A stretch of 63,056 nucleotides of DNA, the filler included, from Craspedostauros australis (Eukaryota), in assembly GCA_030167865.1 (NCBI GenBank). It is 7 parts of 7 records of this genome, joined end to end, with 100 filler letters (N's around TTAATTAATTAA, not from the genome) between each part and the next. Parts side by side here need not be neighbours in the genome. Positions count along the whole stretch, not along the records: positions 55,345 to 63,056 come from JALAGF010006417.1; 6 more parts are not named here. One strand, given 5' to 3'. The notes beneath the pieces are model-generated. The model saw only the letters and a list, made by a program, of their open reading frames with translations. It was not told the origin of the DNA and did no database searches. The position numbers and the translations under genes are program-made. Position 1 is the stretch's first letter, and every line of letters starts with the position of its first letter. Below, piece after piece: positions 62,520 through 63,056 of this stretch.

Positions 62520-63056
62520 ACGAGCGTTGTTGGGATGTGTGAGTATCACAGTTGATGGTGTTGAGAGAGGGAGACTTGCTCCTCCTCCCCCTGTGGTCAT
62601 TCCATTTACATGTGACCACAGCCATCCATCCATGAGTTGGTGGGTGTTGACAGATAGTTCATTTGATGTTGACAGATAGTTCATTGTGTGTTGACTGTTG
62701 CATCACGGTCTCACATGTTGTTGTGTGTTGTGGCTGGTTGTACGGTGTGGCACTGTGTGTGTGTGTGTGTGTGTGTGTGAGCACATGGATGTGTGAGTAT
62801 CACAGTTGATGGTGTTGACTTCCCCCTCCTCCCCCACAAGTCAGCCATTTCATGGGACTTGTGCCATCCTCCTGTAGTTGGAATGGTGTTGACAGATAGT
62901 TCATTGTGTGTTGACTGTTGTATCGTGGTTTCACATGTTGTTGTGTGTTGTGGCTGGTTGTACCGTGTGGCAGTGTGTGTGTGTGTGTGAGCACATGGAT
63001 GTGTGAGTATCACAGTTGATGGTGTTGACTTCCCCCTCCTCCCCCACAAGTCAGCC
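62520..63056. repeat. Tandem repeat of 210-254 bp containing (TG)n
   Basis: GAGTATCACAGTTGATGGTGTTGA at 62541, 62795 and 63005. Confidence 0.88.

Overview
Eukaryotic draft-genome sequence, most likely a diatom or another stramenopile. Evidence: short GT-AG introns, CoDi-like Ty1/copia elements, an RNase H-bearing LINE, a KxxK-tailed secreted protein and TTAGGG repeats. The window is not one locus. Six artificial N-TTAATTAATTAA-N spacers join seven unrelated scaffolds (about 1-23826, 23927-31641, 31742-40387, 40488-43652, 43753-53487, 53588-55244, 55345-63056), and many internal N gaps carry duplicated flanks. Genes that look intact: a 5-exon secreted M11/gametolysin-like protein whose zinc-binding site is destroyed, RPB5, a RING1-like Polycomb E3 ligase, a TrmA/RlmD m5U methyltransferase, a small mitochondrial basic protein and a partial NRPS-like adenylation-carrier-ankyrin protein. 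The rest is transposon-rich. It includes a dead copia element interrupted by solo-LTR-like inserts with clean 5-bp target-site duplications and non-canonical ends (AGTT..AACT and TA..CA), a second dead copia, a dead LINE and a cluster of pseudogene fragments. Two divergent copia polyproteins share an unrecognised ~200-aa C4-zinc-finger domain between Gag and protease. One of them is cut off by telomeric repeats, followed by a 312-bp dimeric satellite and other subtelomere-like repeats.
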